Source: a virus
Length of the DNA: 39,705 nt
Virus record (IMG/VR): IMGVR_UViG_3300025174_000056
Direction: 5' to 3' (one strand)
Below the pieces are notes generated by a model. It saw only the letters and a list, made by a program, of their open reading frames with translations, was not told the origin of the DNA and searched no databases. The number at the start of each line of letters is the position of its first letter. Within the stretch, counting starts at the first letter, position 1. Position numbers and translations under genes: made by a program. Positions 24,464 through 34,986 of the stretch are shown here, in pieces.

Positions 24464-27181
24464 ATGGCTAAAAATTCAGAAGCTAGAGCTACATTAGCAA
24501 TCGTCGCTAAAGTTGTCGATGAATTTTCTGTTAATTTAAGTAAATTAAGTCAAGCGGTTAAACAAAGCGCAGGAACTTCTATTCCTGCTGATGCAAAAAA
24601 AGCTGAATCAGCATTCAAAGCATTAACTGCTTCATTTGGTGCAGCAACATCTAAAGCTTCAATTTTACAAGGTATTGGTTTAAGTTTAGGCTATACTCTA
24701 ACTCAACTTCCTATAAATATAGTTAGAGAATTAGCTGATACTTTTGCAAAAGCAACAGATGAAGCATCTAAATTTCAGTTAAAAATTGCTCAAATAAAAA
24801 CTATCGCCGGTAAAGGTGGTTTAGTTCCAGAAGAATTAGGACAAAAATCAATAGAATTTGCTGGAAGATTTGGTCAAGGCCCACAAGCTCAAGCTGAAGC
24901 TTTTTATAATGTTGTTTCATCAGGTATTAAAGAAGTAACTGATGCAACAAATATCATGGTTTCAGCTAATAAATTAGCAACAGTCGGTTTATCAACAACC
25001 GGCGATGCTATGACTGGTTTAATCGGTCTTTCTCGAGGATTTGAACATAGTTTATCTAATGTTAATGATGTCGCTGATGCCTTATTTGTAACAGTTGATC
25101 GCGGATTAAATGTTACATTAACAGATTTAGTTAGAAATATTGGTTTTATTGGCCCAGCGGCTCATGCAGTTAATGCTAATATGGATGAAATGTTAGCTGT
25201 ATTAGCTGCTGTAACTAATAGAGGTATAGCTACAGAAAACTCTATTATTGCCTTAAATCAAATATTTACAGCTTTACAAAAACCTTCAAAAGCAGCTAAA
25301 GATGAAGCTGCTAGACTAGGAATTGAATTTACTTCTTTAACTCTTAAAACTAAGGGGTTAATTCCATTCTTACAAGAAATCGTATATAATACAAATCTTA
25401 CAAATGAGTCAATCGGTAATCTTTTTGGAAACGTTCGTGCGATGCGTGCATTCTTCGGCGCGGTGATTGATGGTGGATTATTAGCTGAAGATGTCTTACT
25501 AGACATGGCTAATAAAACTGGTCGTGTCGCTGAAGGGTTTGATATTATTACTCAAACCTTAAGTTTTCAGCAAGATAGATGGGATGCTTTATTTGAAAGT
25601 TCTAGTATAGTATTAGGCAGTATGATTACTGATAGTACTTTACTTCGCGGAGGACTTACAGCTGTAAATGATGCTCTAGAAATATATCTTGGATTAGTAT
25701 CTTCTAGTGCAGGTAAAACTAATGATTTATCTGATGCGATACAAGTATTTAGAGATATTTTAGCTGTTATTCTTGAATTCATTGGAAATTTATTAGTTTT
25801 ATTGCAAATGATAACTACTCCTTTACGTCAAATATATAGAGATGTAATGTTGGTAGCTAAGGGATTTGGTTATTTATTTCAAAAACTTATTTCATTACCA
25901 GATATTCCTTGGCTTACTACTACTGGGCAACGAATATCCGATGCTGTAGATAAAACTTTATCTTGGAATGATGCATTAGATAAAGTAGCTGAAAAATTAA
26001 GAAATAAACAACTTATTGATTCAATGTTTAATATGATGGAGAATCCTCCATTAAAAGAGGAATCAACTGTTCGCCCGCCTTGGCGAATGATAGATATTAA
26101 AAAGTGGGAAGAACCTGAAGATAAACCAAAGAAAAATTCATTTCCAGGTTTAGATGCTGCTATGCGTCGTATGGAAAAAGAAATGCTACGACGTAAGAAG
26201 GCAGCACATGATTTTTTCAAAGCAATCATATTAGATATGAATATGATGGTTACTGTTGAATTAGCTAATTTAGAAACAATAGCTAATGCTCAACGTGAAC
26301 ATAATGAATATTTACAATCCTTACGAGATGATGAAGCGGAGAGACAAGAAGAGCATCAAAAAGAATTAATAGAAAAACAATTAGAACGATCTGAAGAATT
26401 AACTCAATCTCTTATGGGTATGTTTTCAGGTCCTTTTGAAACTTTATTCGATGGTATAGTAGATAGTTTTAATGATGCTACTGTAGATATAGGGAAGCTA
26501 TTTAAGAAATTTATATCTGGAATGGTTTTAGATTTAATTAAATCAGGGCTTCTGTCATTACTTGGCGCACTAATAAGTGTATTAACTGGAGGTCCTGCTT
26601 CTGCTGGATTAACTGGTATATTTGCATCATTTAATAAAGCCGGGCCGGCTGTACCTAATACTGGTATTCCAGCAAATAATCTTCCTACAGGAAATGCAAG
26701 TTCTCCTACATTTATATCTAGATCTAGTAGTGGGCTCACATCATCTTCTAGTGGGTTTGGTACATCTTCTAGTAATCTTATAGCGGATACTTCTGGAACT
26801 CCGCAAACTAGAAATTATGGATATACAACTACTGGAGATACTAATGCTGTAGCTGAGCGAGATACAAGACTTCGTGATTTTCTATTAGTAGCTGGTATTG
26901 CTGGGGCTACTGCAGCTGGTGGAGCTTTAGGCGGCGCTATTGGTGCAGCAGCAGGGTCAACTATTGCTGGTGCTGGTGCGGGAGGTATAACTGCCGCTGA
27001 TGATTCTGCTTATGCAAATAAATTAAAAGAAAAGAAAGCCTTTGGCACTACTTCTTCAGGTAGTGGTGCTCCAGTATTACAACCTGTAATGATGTTGCCA
27101 TCACAAGCTCAAGCTGAGCGTTGGTTTGCCGATGTATTTATGCCTTTATGGCGGGATGCTGAATCCAGAGGAGATGTATAA
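24464..27181 (+). CDS. Tail tape measure protein (TP901-like core)
   Basis: 905 aa, Ala-rich and helical; AEAFYNVVSSG, DALFVTVDRG and FTALQKPS core motifs; follows the G/GT chaperone. Confidence 0.92.
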   Translation: MAKNSEARATLAIVAKVVDEFSVNLSKLSQAVKQSAGTSIPADAKKAESAFKALTASFGAATSKASILQGIGLSLGYTLTQLPINIVRELADTFAKATDEASKFQLKIAQIKTIAGKGGLVPEELGQKSIEFAGRFGQGPQAQAEAFYNVVSSGIKEVTDATNIMVSANKLATVGLSTTGDAMTGLIGLSRGFEHSLSNVNDVADALFVTVDRGLNVTLTDLVRNIGFIGPAAHAVNANMDEMLAVLAAVTNRGIATENSIIALNQIFTALQKPSKAAKDEAARLGIEFTSLTLKTKGLIPFLQEIVYNTNLTNESIGNLFGNVRAMRAFFGAVIDGGLLAEDVLLDMANKTGRVAEGFDIITQTLSFQQDRWDALFESSSIVLGSMITDSTLLRGGLTAVNDALEIYLGLVSSSAGKTNDLSDAIQVFRDILAVILEFIGNLLVLLQMITTPLRQIYRDVMLVAKGFGYLFQKLISLPDIPWLTTTGQRISDAVDKTLSWNDALDKVAEKLRNKQLIDSMFNMMENPPLKEESTVRPPWRMIDIKKWEEPEDKPKKNSFPGLDAAMRRMEKEMLRRKKAAHDFFKAIILDMNMMVTVELANLETIANAQREHNEYLQSLRDDEAERQEEHQKELIEKQLERSEELTQSLMGMFSGPFETLFDGIVDSFNDATVDIGKLFKKFISGMVLDLIKSGLLSLLGALISVLTGGPASAGLTGIFASFNKAGPAVPNTGIPANNLPTGNASSPTFISRSSSGLTSSSSGFGTSSSNLIADTSGTPQTRNYGYTTTGDTNAVAERDTRLRDFLLVAGIAGATAAGGALGGAIGAAAGSTIAGAGAGGITAADDSAYANKLKEKKAFGTTSSGSGAPVLQPVMMLPSQAQAERWFADVFMPLWRDAESRGDV

Positions 27182-28135
27182 GTGGCTTTTTCATCTGCTG
27201 CTATACCTGCTGGTGAATTAAATGCTCTTGGTAGAGCAAAACCAATTTTAGGTGGTAAGAATGCTTTTGATGATTATAATCAAGTACCGCAATGGTCTGC
27301 TAGTGGTTCTTGGGCAGATTCTGGTGTAGGTGGTCCAGAAAATAGAACTAATACAGCTGTTCCTCCTAATTTTTTACATGATGGATTTACACATTTAACA
27401 ACCTACCCGAGTTCAATATCCGGTAATGTTACTGTTTATATTTTATTTGATCTAAAAGAATCTATAAATATAGATTCTATGCTAGTATTAAATCATAATT
27501 TTGGAACTATAGCTACAGCTCTTAGTGCTACATTAAGTATATTTTTAGAAGTAGCTGATAATTCGACTTTTACTACAAATTTAACTACAGTAGCTAGTGC
27601 TACAGGAATAACTACAAATAATAGAAAATGGCTTTTAGCTGGAGCATCGTTACGATTTTCTAGTGTAAGATATGCAAGATTGCGTATAACTTCTACAGTA
27701 GCATTTACTGGAGCTCAATATCCTAGAATAGGAGAAATTTGGGTCGGGCAGCGTTACCATTTATCTAGAAATCCTGAAATTCCTTGGGATCCAGATCATA
27801 AAGTTAGTAAGACTAAAACTAGTGTTTCTACGGCTGGGATTAGTGTTACTTTACTAGACTTTGCTGGAAGATATGAGTTAGCCCCATCATGGATGCCTAC
27901 AGCTGGAGATATACATACCGGACTAAATGATAGACAAACATTATTAGATTGGTATCAAAGTATTGAATATAGTTCTATACCGTTTCCATTTATATTAGAT
28001 CATGGATTAGGAACACAAAAACCTTTATTTATGTTCTTAGAATCTTCTAATTTAGATATGAAATATCAAGGGCCGAGGCATAGCACTGTTTCTTTATCGC
28101 TTATTGAACAGTATGGATTTCTAAGCGAAGAATAA
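27182..28135 (+). CDS. Distal tail (Dit-like) protein with an inserted beta domain
   Basis: First gene after TMP; GTG start with RBS AGAGGAG. Confidence 0.55.
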   Translation: MAFSSAAIPAGELNALGRAKPILGGKNAFDDYNQVPQWSASGSWADSGVGGPENRTNTAVPPNFLHDGFTHLTTYPSSISGNVTVYILFDLKESINIDSMLVLNHNFGTIATALSATLSIFLEVADNSTFTTNLTTVASATGITTNNRKWLLAGASLRFSSVRYARLRITSTVAFTGAQYPRIGEIWVGQRYHLSRNPEIPWDPDHKVSKTKTSVSTAGISVTLLDFAGRYELAPSWMPTAGDIHTGLNDRQTLLDWYQSIEYSSIPFPFILDHGLGTQKPLFMFLESSNLDMKYQGPRHSTVSLSLIEQYGFLSEE

Positions 28136-28161
28136 TATAAATAATTCTAAGTAGGAATAAT

Positions 28162-30021
28162 ATGCTTACTACAACAGCGGCCTGGAAACGTTCTTTTAAT
28201 AAGAAGAACATTAAAAAAGTATATTTAGTTAGAATTACCGTTGATGCTCTCGGCTCTGAAGGAAATGGTATTTATACTTTTCTACATGGACGTAATACTA
28301 ATTTAGGATATCCTAATAGTGTATTATCTATTGCATCTATCAGTGGAAAACTTGATGCTTTAACTAGAAAATATAGCCAAAGTGATTATGAAATTATTTT
28401 TGCTGATGATGGCTATATTAGAAATTTAATCACACTTGGTAAATACCTACGGCATAAAAAATTAACTATAAAATTAGGTACAAGTGAATTAACTAGTGAA
28501 ACAGATTTTACAACAACATATTTAGGTGCTATAAAAGATCTCGTGGCTGATTCCGAAGCTGGTACTATATCACTTACTGGAATAGATGCATCGGCTTTTA
28601 CTAATTGGCCAATCTACGATAAAGTATTCTTTACTCAATACCGGCGTGGCGGTGGAGATCCTAATTTAGCTAGAGGTATTGCTAGAAATCATCCTCTAGA
28701 AGTTGTGTCTAGATCTTTAGATGCTCTTAATATACCAACAGAATTATATAATGCTTCAAGCTTAGATGCTGAAACTGATACTACACGTAGTCACTTTGTT
28801 ATTACTAGGCATAATGATAATCTTATACCGGTTGGGCTAGAAACAGATTTTAATTTAGATAAACCAGTTAAAGATCATATATCTGAAATGATGTTTTTGA
28901 TGTATGGCGCATTTATTCCCGATTCAGATGCTCGATTCACATATAAACAATTTGATAATACAGCGCCGCCAGTTACACATTGGACTACAAAAGATATTAT
29001 TTCTGTACGACAAACAAGTACATATAAAAATCTATATAATCGTATAGAAATGGCACATCCGATATTTGCAGAACCATATCAAGTGTCTTCCATTGAAGAT
29101 AGTATATCTGCTGCAAATAATGCTTATCCTGGGGATGATGGAACTTCCGTATTTAGAAAAGAAAGTGAATATCTAAATGCATTTGCTACTATAGTTCAAG
29201 TTTTAGATAATTTAGATGCCCCTGTTGGTATACTTCCAGCTGGAGTTACAGATCATAAAATTACTAGTACTTATGTTTTGCATAATGGATTTTCTGGATC
29301 TTTAGTAAATAATCATGCTAATTGGTATGGACGCGGTGATAATAGTATTCGTGGCATTAATAATACTACTAGAAAAGCATATTTATTACTAATTAATCCG
29401 AGAACTAAAGTCCTGGAAGTGGTAGCAGCTACATTAATAACAGCTCCATCTGGAGCATTTGGTACTACTAATGCTCCTACTGAAGCTTTATCTGCTGGAG
29501 TTGGATCTTTACGTTTAGCGCATACAATACAATTTAATATAACTGAACGTGGATTATTTGGTACAACATCTTTAGAATGGAATTCATTATATACACCCAT
29601 TAGGATTATAGATATAACAATTCCAGTTATGTCTCGAGAAATTGTATTACAACGATATACTAATGGAGCTCCAGAATTAGAAGTAGTTACATTACCACAT
29701 ACAGCGGACATACAAGTTGGAGATTTTATTTCTTTAGATTACAATAAGTACATAGGTTATAATCGTACGGTTTGTGATGCTAATGTAATTTTTGAAGTTA
29801 CTAAACGAACTGAGAATTTTACAGAATCAGCTAGTATGGCTTGGCAACTAACCTACGCCTATGAAGTTCCAGCTGTAATTTACACTCCTGTATATGATCC
29901 TCCGATAATGATTCCAGTCTTTGAGGTAACTTTTCCTGATGAACCTCTGAAAGAACGATCAACTCAAGAGGATATGTATCTTAAATCTACTGGTGAACTT
30001 ATTTATGTTAGAAATTTATGA
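28162..30021 (+). CDS. Tail hub / Tal-like tail-tip protein
   Basis: 619 aa, second gene after TMP; C-terminal DIQVGDFI motif common in hub proteins. Confidence 0.55.
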   Translation: MLTTTAAWKRSFNKKNIKKVYLVRITVDALGSEGNGIYTFLHGRNTNLGYPNSVLSIASISGKLDALTRKYSQSDYEIIFADDGYIRNLITLGKYLRHKKLTIKLGTSELTSETDFTTTYLGAIKDLVADSEAGTISLTGIDASAFTNWPIYDKVFFTQYRRGGGDPNLARGIARNHPLEVVSRSLDALNIPTELYNASSLDAETDTTRSHFVITRHNDNLIPVGLETDFNLDKPVKDHISEMMFLMYGAFIPDSDARFTYKQFDNTAPPVTHWTTKDIISVRQTSTYKNLYNRIEMAHPIFAEPYQVSSIEDSISAANNAYPGDDGTSVFRKESEYLNAFATIVQVLDNLDAPVGILPAGVTDHKITSTYVLHNGFSGSLVNNHANWYGRGDNSIRGINNTTRKAYLLLINPRTKVLEVVAATLITAPSGAFGTTNAPTEALSAGVGSLRLAHTIQFNITERGLFGTTSLEWNSLYTPIRIIDITIPVMSREIVLQRYTNGAPELEVVTLPHTADIQVGDFISLDYNKYIGYNRTVCDANVIFEVTKRTENFTESASMAWQLTYAYEVPAVIYTPVYDPPIMIPVFEVTFPDEPLKERSTQEDMYLKSTGELIYVRNL

Positions 30022-30029
30022 GGTTATAA

Positions 30030-33000
30030 ATGGCTTGGCATGATGAAGCTACTGGTACTGATCTACATTATCCTCGTGGAACAATGGGTGCCGCACAGGC
30101 ATTTATAGCATTAGATTTAGTTGATAATACCCTTAAAGCATATCAAATTACAGATGCGGCCGGTACTTCTGATTTATTTACTATTAAAACAAATAACAAT
30201 GATGAATGCTTTACATTTGGAGCTAAAGCAGTTATTCAAGATGTATACGCATATGCTGGAAGATCAGATGCATTATTAACTATAACAAATGGTGCTACAG
30301 CCCTTACTTCTGCGGGAAGTGCTATTGTAGTTAATTATGCTGGTGGAAGTATAAATGTAGCACAAAATGTTTATGGACTATATTTATATGGGCAATCTAA
30401 TGTTGGTACACAATATTCTATTGGTGTATATGCAGACTCTGGATGGGATTATGGGGCTCGTTTCGATAGTCCAGTAAATTTCACATCTACTATTCTATTA
30501 AATAATGGTGCTGGAGCTAGTGGAGAAGTTTTAACTAGTCAAGGCGCTGGAGTTGACCCGATATGGGCGGCGGCTGGGGCAGCAACAGACCATGGTAGTT
30601 TAACCGGACTTGGAGATGATGATCATACCCAATATGCTCTCTTATTGGGTAGAGCTACTGGACAAACATTAATAGGTGGAACCGCCAGCGGCGATGATTT
30701 AACTTTTGAATCGACATCACATGCAACTAAAGGATCTATTTTATTCCGAGATTCAGATATTCAATTTAATTCAGATGCAGCAGTTGGAGTTAGTACTAGT
30801 AGTACATTAACTCTTAAAGGTGCATCTGGTACTGAATTATTCCTTACTACAGTTGCTGCTACTCAAAATACATTAACAATAATTCAACGCCGAGGTGCTA
30901 CTGGTGTTGATGCCGGACAATTAGATTTAATTCTTGGAGAAGTATCAATAGTTGGTAGATCTACTGGCATTATTATGAATGCTGGAGATGCGATCAATTC
31001 GACTCAAGGTTCTTGTTATTTAGAAGGAGATGGAAGTCTCACTCTTTCAGCTTATATAGATATTACTCCAACATTCATTGGTTTAGATATTTCTGGATTG
31101 TTATTTAGAAATGAAGCTGGAAGTGATCTTGCTACTGCAGCTAATGAAGGTGCTTTATATACTAAAGACACGGCTGGAACTACACATCTTTACTATAGAG
31201 CTAATTCAAATGGTACTGTATATCAAATTACTCCAGGTGGAGCTGCAACAGATCATGGTAGTTTAACCGGTCTTGGAGATGATGATCATACCCAATATGC
31301 TCTTCTACTAGGTAGAGTTACTGGTCAAGTCTTAATAGGTGGAACCGCCAGCGGCGATGATTTAACTTTTGAATCGACATCACATGCAACTAAAGGTTCA
31401 ATCTTATTTCGCGACACTGATATTCAACTAAATTCAAATGCTGTTGCTGGTACAGATGAGGATGTTTTATTAACACTTCTCGGTGGTGATGGAGCAACGG
31501 CTCTTTGGCGTTCTATTATCTATCACGACGGCGGACTTGGAATTGCAGGTATATATCAAAATCTAAATGGTTCTGATAGAACTAATGGTACTAGATTTGA
31601 TATTGATAGAGCAGATGTTGTAACTGCCAGAGGTTCAGCTTTATATCTTAATGCTGGTTCTGGAGCAGCCAATTTAACTGCATATATTCAATTAGCTTCT
31701 TCAGGAGCAACTCTGTTTGTTGGTTCCATCAGTGGCATGACTATTCGTGGTGGTACTGCTTCTGGAAATGATTTAACTTTCGAAACAACATCACATGCTA
31801 CAAAAGGTACATTTATTTGGTCCGGTGCATGTGATTGGAATGTTGGTGGTGGTGTTGGAAGTGCGGCGCAAGTATTAACATCTAATGGCGCCGGAGCCGC
31901 GCCTACTTGGCAAGCTAGTGGTGGTGGAGGTGGTACTTTAGATGCTGCTTATGATTATGGTGGTGCTGGTGCTGGCCGTACAATTATAGCGGATACCAAT
32001 GCTGTTAGAATATATGATGGAACTGTAGGTTCTACAGCATATTTATTACAAATAGATAGACCGGCCGGAGTATATACTGGAACTCCACATGGAATCTTAG
32101 TTGATTTTTCTGCAGCTACTAGTTTTAGTAATGCAGCAGATATTTATGGTATTAGATTAATTGGAGAAACAAATATTGATACTGGGGCTAGTATTGGAGT
32201 TTCAGTTGATGGTGGATGGGATGTTGGAATTGAAATTACAGTTGCAAATCATGCATTGAAGCTTCCTGATGGATTTATTAATGGATCTGTAACTGGATTA
32301 ACTGCAGTTGCAGGTACATTAGCATTTCTTACTGGAACATTTGCTGGAACTTATGCTCCAGGTAATGGTTGTGTACATATCGGTGATGACCTCGGTAATG
32401 CTAGTGCAACATCACAAGGTGCGGGTTGCGTTGTTATTGGTTCACAGGGAGCTTATGCTAGAAATACAGCATCTTACGCGGTTGCAATTGGTTACACGGC
32501 AAATGCGGCTTCTAGTTCTATTGCAATCGGACATCTTGCTACAGCCTCAGCAACTGAATCAATTGCGATCGGAAATAGTACACCTTCAGCGGGTGGAGCA
32601 CGATCAATAGCTATTGGTCGTGGAGCTACTATTGGAGGTTCTGGATCTGAATCAATTGGCATTGGCTATGGAATATCTATAAATAATGCTTATTGCTTAG
32701 GATTTGGTCGTGGAGCTACTTCAACAGCAGCTAATCAAATTATATATGGTTCTAATGGATATGAATATTCTCAAGTATTTTTTGGTGAAGGCGTAGTTGC
32801 TGCGACCGTTCCGACTTCAATCTCAATTAACCCAACTGGAGCTAGCGGTACTGATATTGCGGGCGGATGCATATTCTATATCAATGGTGCGCGTGGAACT
32901 GGAACAGGTATCGGCGGTGATTTAGTATTTCAAACTGCACCACCGGGCGGAACTGGAAGCACACCAGGGGTATTAACAGAGAGAATGCGAATTGACGATG

Positions 33001-34298
33001 ATGGAATTGTCACTTTCGCATCTACTGCGAGTGTTCGTCACAATGGATTGACGCTCGAATTGAATGCCGACGCTGCTGCTGGAACAGCTGAAACAGTCTC
33101 ACTTGGTTTGTCGTCTGGCGATGGCGCAACTACTTTGCACAAGCACGTGTGGCAAGTTACTTCGGCGAGCCCAACGACGTTGAATTATGTACATACTGCG
33201 AATGGTGCTATTACTACGACAAATTTACGCCTAGGTGATCAAACTTCGACGGCAGTACAATCCCTCAATATTTACATGCACTCTTCGAACGGCACGAATC
33301 GATATATACAGTTAGGCATTGGATCGTCAAATTCAGTAACATTATCTACGAGTTCGACAACGACGGCAGGTTTGAAATTCTTTCTTGCGTCCGATGCCGC
33401 GGCTGGGGATGTTCTTCTCGGTTTCGCGGGTGACGTAACATATACGTATCTGGGTATCGACGATTCGGACGCTGACGCGTTTCTGATCGGCACTGGAACT
33501 ACGGTTGGTTCTAATATAATTGCTCGTATAGCAACCGGTACAACTGATCGTGGAGCACTTACTTGGTATTTACCTGATCATTTTGCAACAGCTGTAAATA
33601 TTAAAGAAGGTACAAATACATATCTATCAATTGATACAACTAATGGGGCAGAAGTTGCTGTTTTTGGTTGTCCTGGATTTGGACTAACTTCAATTACTGG
33701 ATTAAATACTAGTATTAATGCTAGTACTGGATATATTGATATTGGAAGTAATAATATCACTGTATTATCATTAATAATACCTGATAATCAAACTTCAGCG
33801 TTTGTTATAAAAGAAGGTAGTAATGAATATTTAGAAATAAAAACAATAAATTCTGCGGCACGAGTAACTCTTGGATTTAATCAACAAATAATATTAGATG
33901 AAGCCGGAGCTTGGTTTTCATTTAATGCTCTTGTTGGAGCACCAGTTGATCAAACGTTATATCTTAAAACAGCATCACTTGAAACTACAAGTACTAGTCC
34001 AGCAACCTTAGCATCATTAACAACTACTACTAATACTAGTGGCTGGGCTGAAGCTCATATTGCTTGTAGACAATCTACAGATTCAGCTGCATATGTAATA
34101 CGAGTAAAATGGGAAAATGCTGCTGGTACTGTCACTCTTGGTACTGTATCTTCAGATTGGAGTGATGAAGATGCTGGTATTTCTGGAAATGCAGCTACTT
34201 TTGTTGCAAGTGGTGCGGCTGTAACTATTCAGGTTACTCCAGCAAATGGTACTTCTATGAAATGGGTTGCAGATTTTGAACTTCAAGGTGTTGCTTAG
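30030..34298 (+). CDS. Long tail fibre / receptor-binding protein (1422 aa) with internal repeats and a YadA-like head segment
   Basis: Gly/Thr/Ala-rich; duplicated DHGSLTGLGDDDHTQY module; SxAIG repeats at about 32370-32750. Confidence 0.85.
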   Translation: MAWHDEATGTDLHYPRGTMGAAQAFIALDLVDNTLKAYQITDAAGTSDLFTIKTNNNDECFTFGAKAVIQDVYAYAGRSDALLTITNGATALTSAGSAIVVNYAGGSINVAQNVYGLYLYGQSNVGTQYSIGVYADSGWDYGARFDSPVNFTSTILLNNGAGASGEVLTSQGAGVDPIWAAAGAATDHGSLTGLGDDDHTQYALLLGRATGQTLIGGTASGDDLTFESTSHATKGSILFRDSDIQFNSDAAVGVSTSSTLTLKGASGTELFLTTVAATQNTLTIIQRRGATGVDAGQLDLILGEVSIVGRSTGIIMNAGDAINSTQGSCYLEGDGSLTLSAYIDITPTFIGLDISGLLFRNEAGSDLATAANEGALYTKDTAGTTHLYYRANSNGTVYQITPGGAATDHGSLTGLGDDDHTQYALLLGRVTGQVLIGGTASGDDLTFESTSHATKGSILFRDTDIQLNSNAVAGTDEDVLLTLLGGDGATALWRSIIYHDGGLGIAGIYQNLNGSDRTNGTRFDIDRADVVTARGSALYLNAGSGAANLTAYIQLASSGATLFVGSISGMTIRGGTASGNDLTFETTSHATKGTFIWSGACDWNVGGGVGSAAQVLTSNGAGAAPTWQASGGGGGTLDAAYDYGGAGAGRTIIADTNAVRIYDGTVGSTAYLLQIDRPAGVYTGTPHGILVDFSAATSFSNAADIYGIRLIGETNIDTGASIGVSVDGGWDVGIEITVANHALKLPDGFINGSVTGLTAVAGTLAFLTGTFAGTYAPGNGCVHIGDDLGNASATSQGAGCVVIGSQGAYARNTASYAVAIGYTANAASSSIAIGHLATASATESIAIGNSTPSAGGARSIAIGRGATIGGSGSESIGIGYGISINNAYCLGFGRGATSTAANQIIYGSNGYEYSQVFFGEGVVAATVPTSISINPTGASGTDIAGGCIFYINGARGTGTGIGGDLVFQTAPPGGTGSTPGVLTERMRIDDDGIVTFASTASVRHNGLTLELNADAAAGTAETVSLGLSSGDGATTLHKHVWQVTSASPTTLNYVHTANGAITTTNLRLGDQTSTAVQSLNIYMHSSNGTNRYIQLGIGSSNSVTLSTSSTTTAGLKFFLASDAAAGDVLLGFAGDVTYTYLGIDDSDADAFLIGTGTTVGSNIIARIATGTTDRGALTWYLPDHFATAVNIKEGTNTYLSIDTTNGAEVAVFGCPGFGLTSITGLNTSINASTGYIDIGSNNITVLSLIIPDNQTSAFVIKEGSNEYLEIKTINSAARVTLGFNQQIILDEAGAWFSFNALVGAPVDQTLYLKTASLETTSTSPATLASLTTTTNTSGWAEAHIACRQSTDSAAYVIRVKWENAAGTVTLGTVSSDWSDEDAGISGNAATFVASGAAVTIQVTPANGTSMKWVADFELQGVA
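30582..31436 (+). repeat. Direct repeat of about 190 bp inside the fibre gene (30582-30773 and 31245-31436), with a partial third copy near 31750-31810
   Basis: Identical core GGTGGAACCGCCAGCGGCGATGATTTAACTTTTGAATCGACATCACATGCAACTAAAGG in both copies; spacing 663 bp, in frame. Confidence 0.88.
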
Positions 34299-34306
34299 GA
34301 GATAGT

Positions 34307-34567
34307 ATGGCAGTTAAACAAGTAAATGCAGTAGAAATCACAATTCGAATCCCTTTGCCTTTAACTTATCCATTAGAAGCTAGAGCTACCATTGAATGGG
34401 AAGTTCAAGGATTAGCTGAAGTTAATGGTGGGCATAGATATATAACTGGATCTATTCCTAGTGCAGGCACTACAGTTGGTGCAATTTTATCAGTGATTAA
34501 ATCTCAATTAGAAACAATATTACAAACTGAAGGCAGCGGCGGGCATACTGTCGTTGATAGGAGTTAA
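34307..34567 (+). CDS. Hypothetical protein (fibre-associated)
   Basis: RBS AGGAG; directly after the fibre gene. Confidence 0.7.
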   Translation: MAVKQVNAVEITIRIPLPLTYPLEARATIEWEVQGLAEVNGGHRYITGSIPSAGTTVGAILSVIKSQLETILQTEGSGGHTVVDRS

Positions 34568-34569
34568 TT

Positions 34570-34971
34570 ATGGCTAATGCAGTTTATCCAAAGTTTAAGG
34601 AATTATGCCTTGGAGCCGGAGGTAATCTTTCGGCCGGAACAGTTATAGCTATTTTAGTAGATTTAGCTGATTATACTTATTCTTCAGCACATGATTTTTA
34701 TGATGATTTTCCGGGCGCTGCTAGAGTAGCTGTTTCTTCGGCATTAGGAGCAAAAACAATTACTAACGGTGTTTTTGATCATGCTGATTTTACTTGGTCA
34801 GCTGTATCTGGTGATGTTAGTGAAGCAGTTATTTGGGTTGTAGATACTGCTGGAGCTGAATCTACAGATCCATTAGTTGTTTATCATGATACTGGAATGA
34901 CTGGAATTCCTGTTACACCTAGCGGCGGAGATATTGACTATGTAGTTAATGCTAGCGGTATTTTTGCATAA
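34570..34971 (+). CDS. Conserved phage tail-tip-associated protein
   Basis: MANAVYPKFKE...TPSGGDIDYVVNASGIF resembles a small virion protein I recall from environmental siphoviruses (unverified). Confidence 0.65.
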   Translation: MANAVYPKFKELCLGAGGNLSAGTVIAILVDLADYTYSSAHDFYDDFPGAARVAVSSALGAKTITNGVFDHADFTWSAVSGDVSEAVIWVVDTAGAESTDPLVVYHDTGMTGIPVTPSGGDIDYVVNASGIFA

Positions 34972-34986
34972 GCATTAAGGAAAGGC

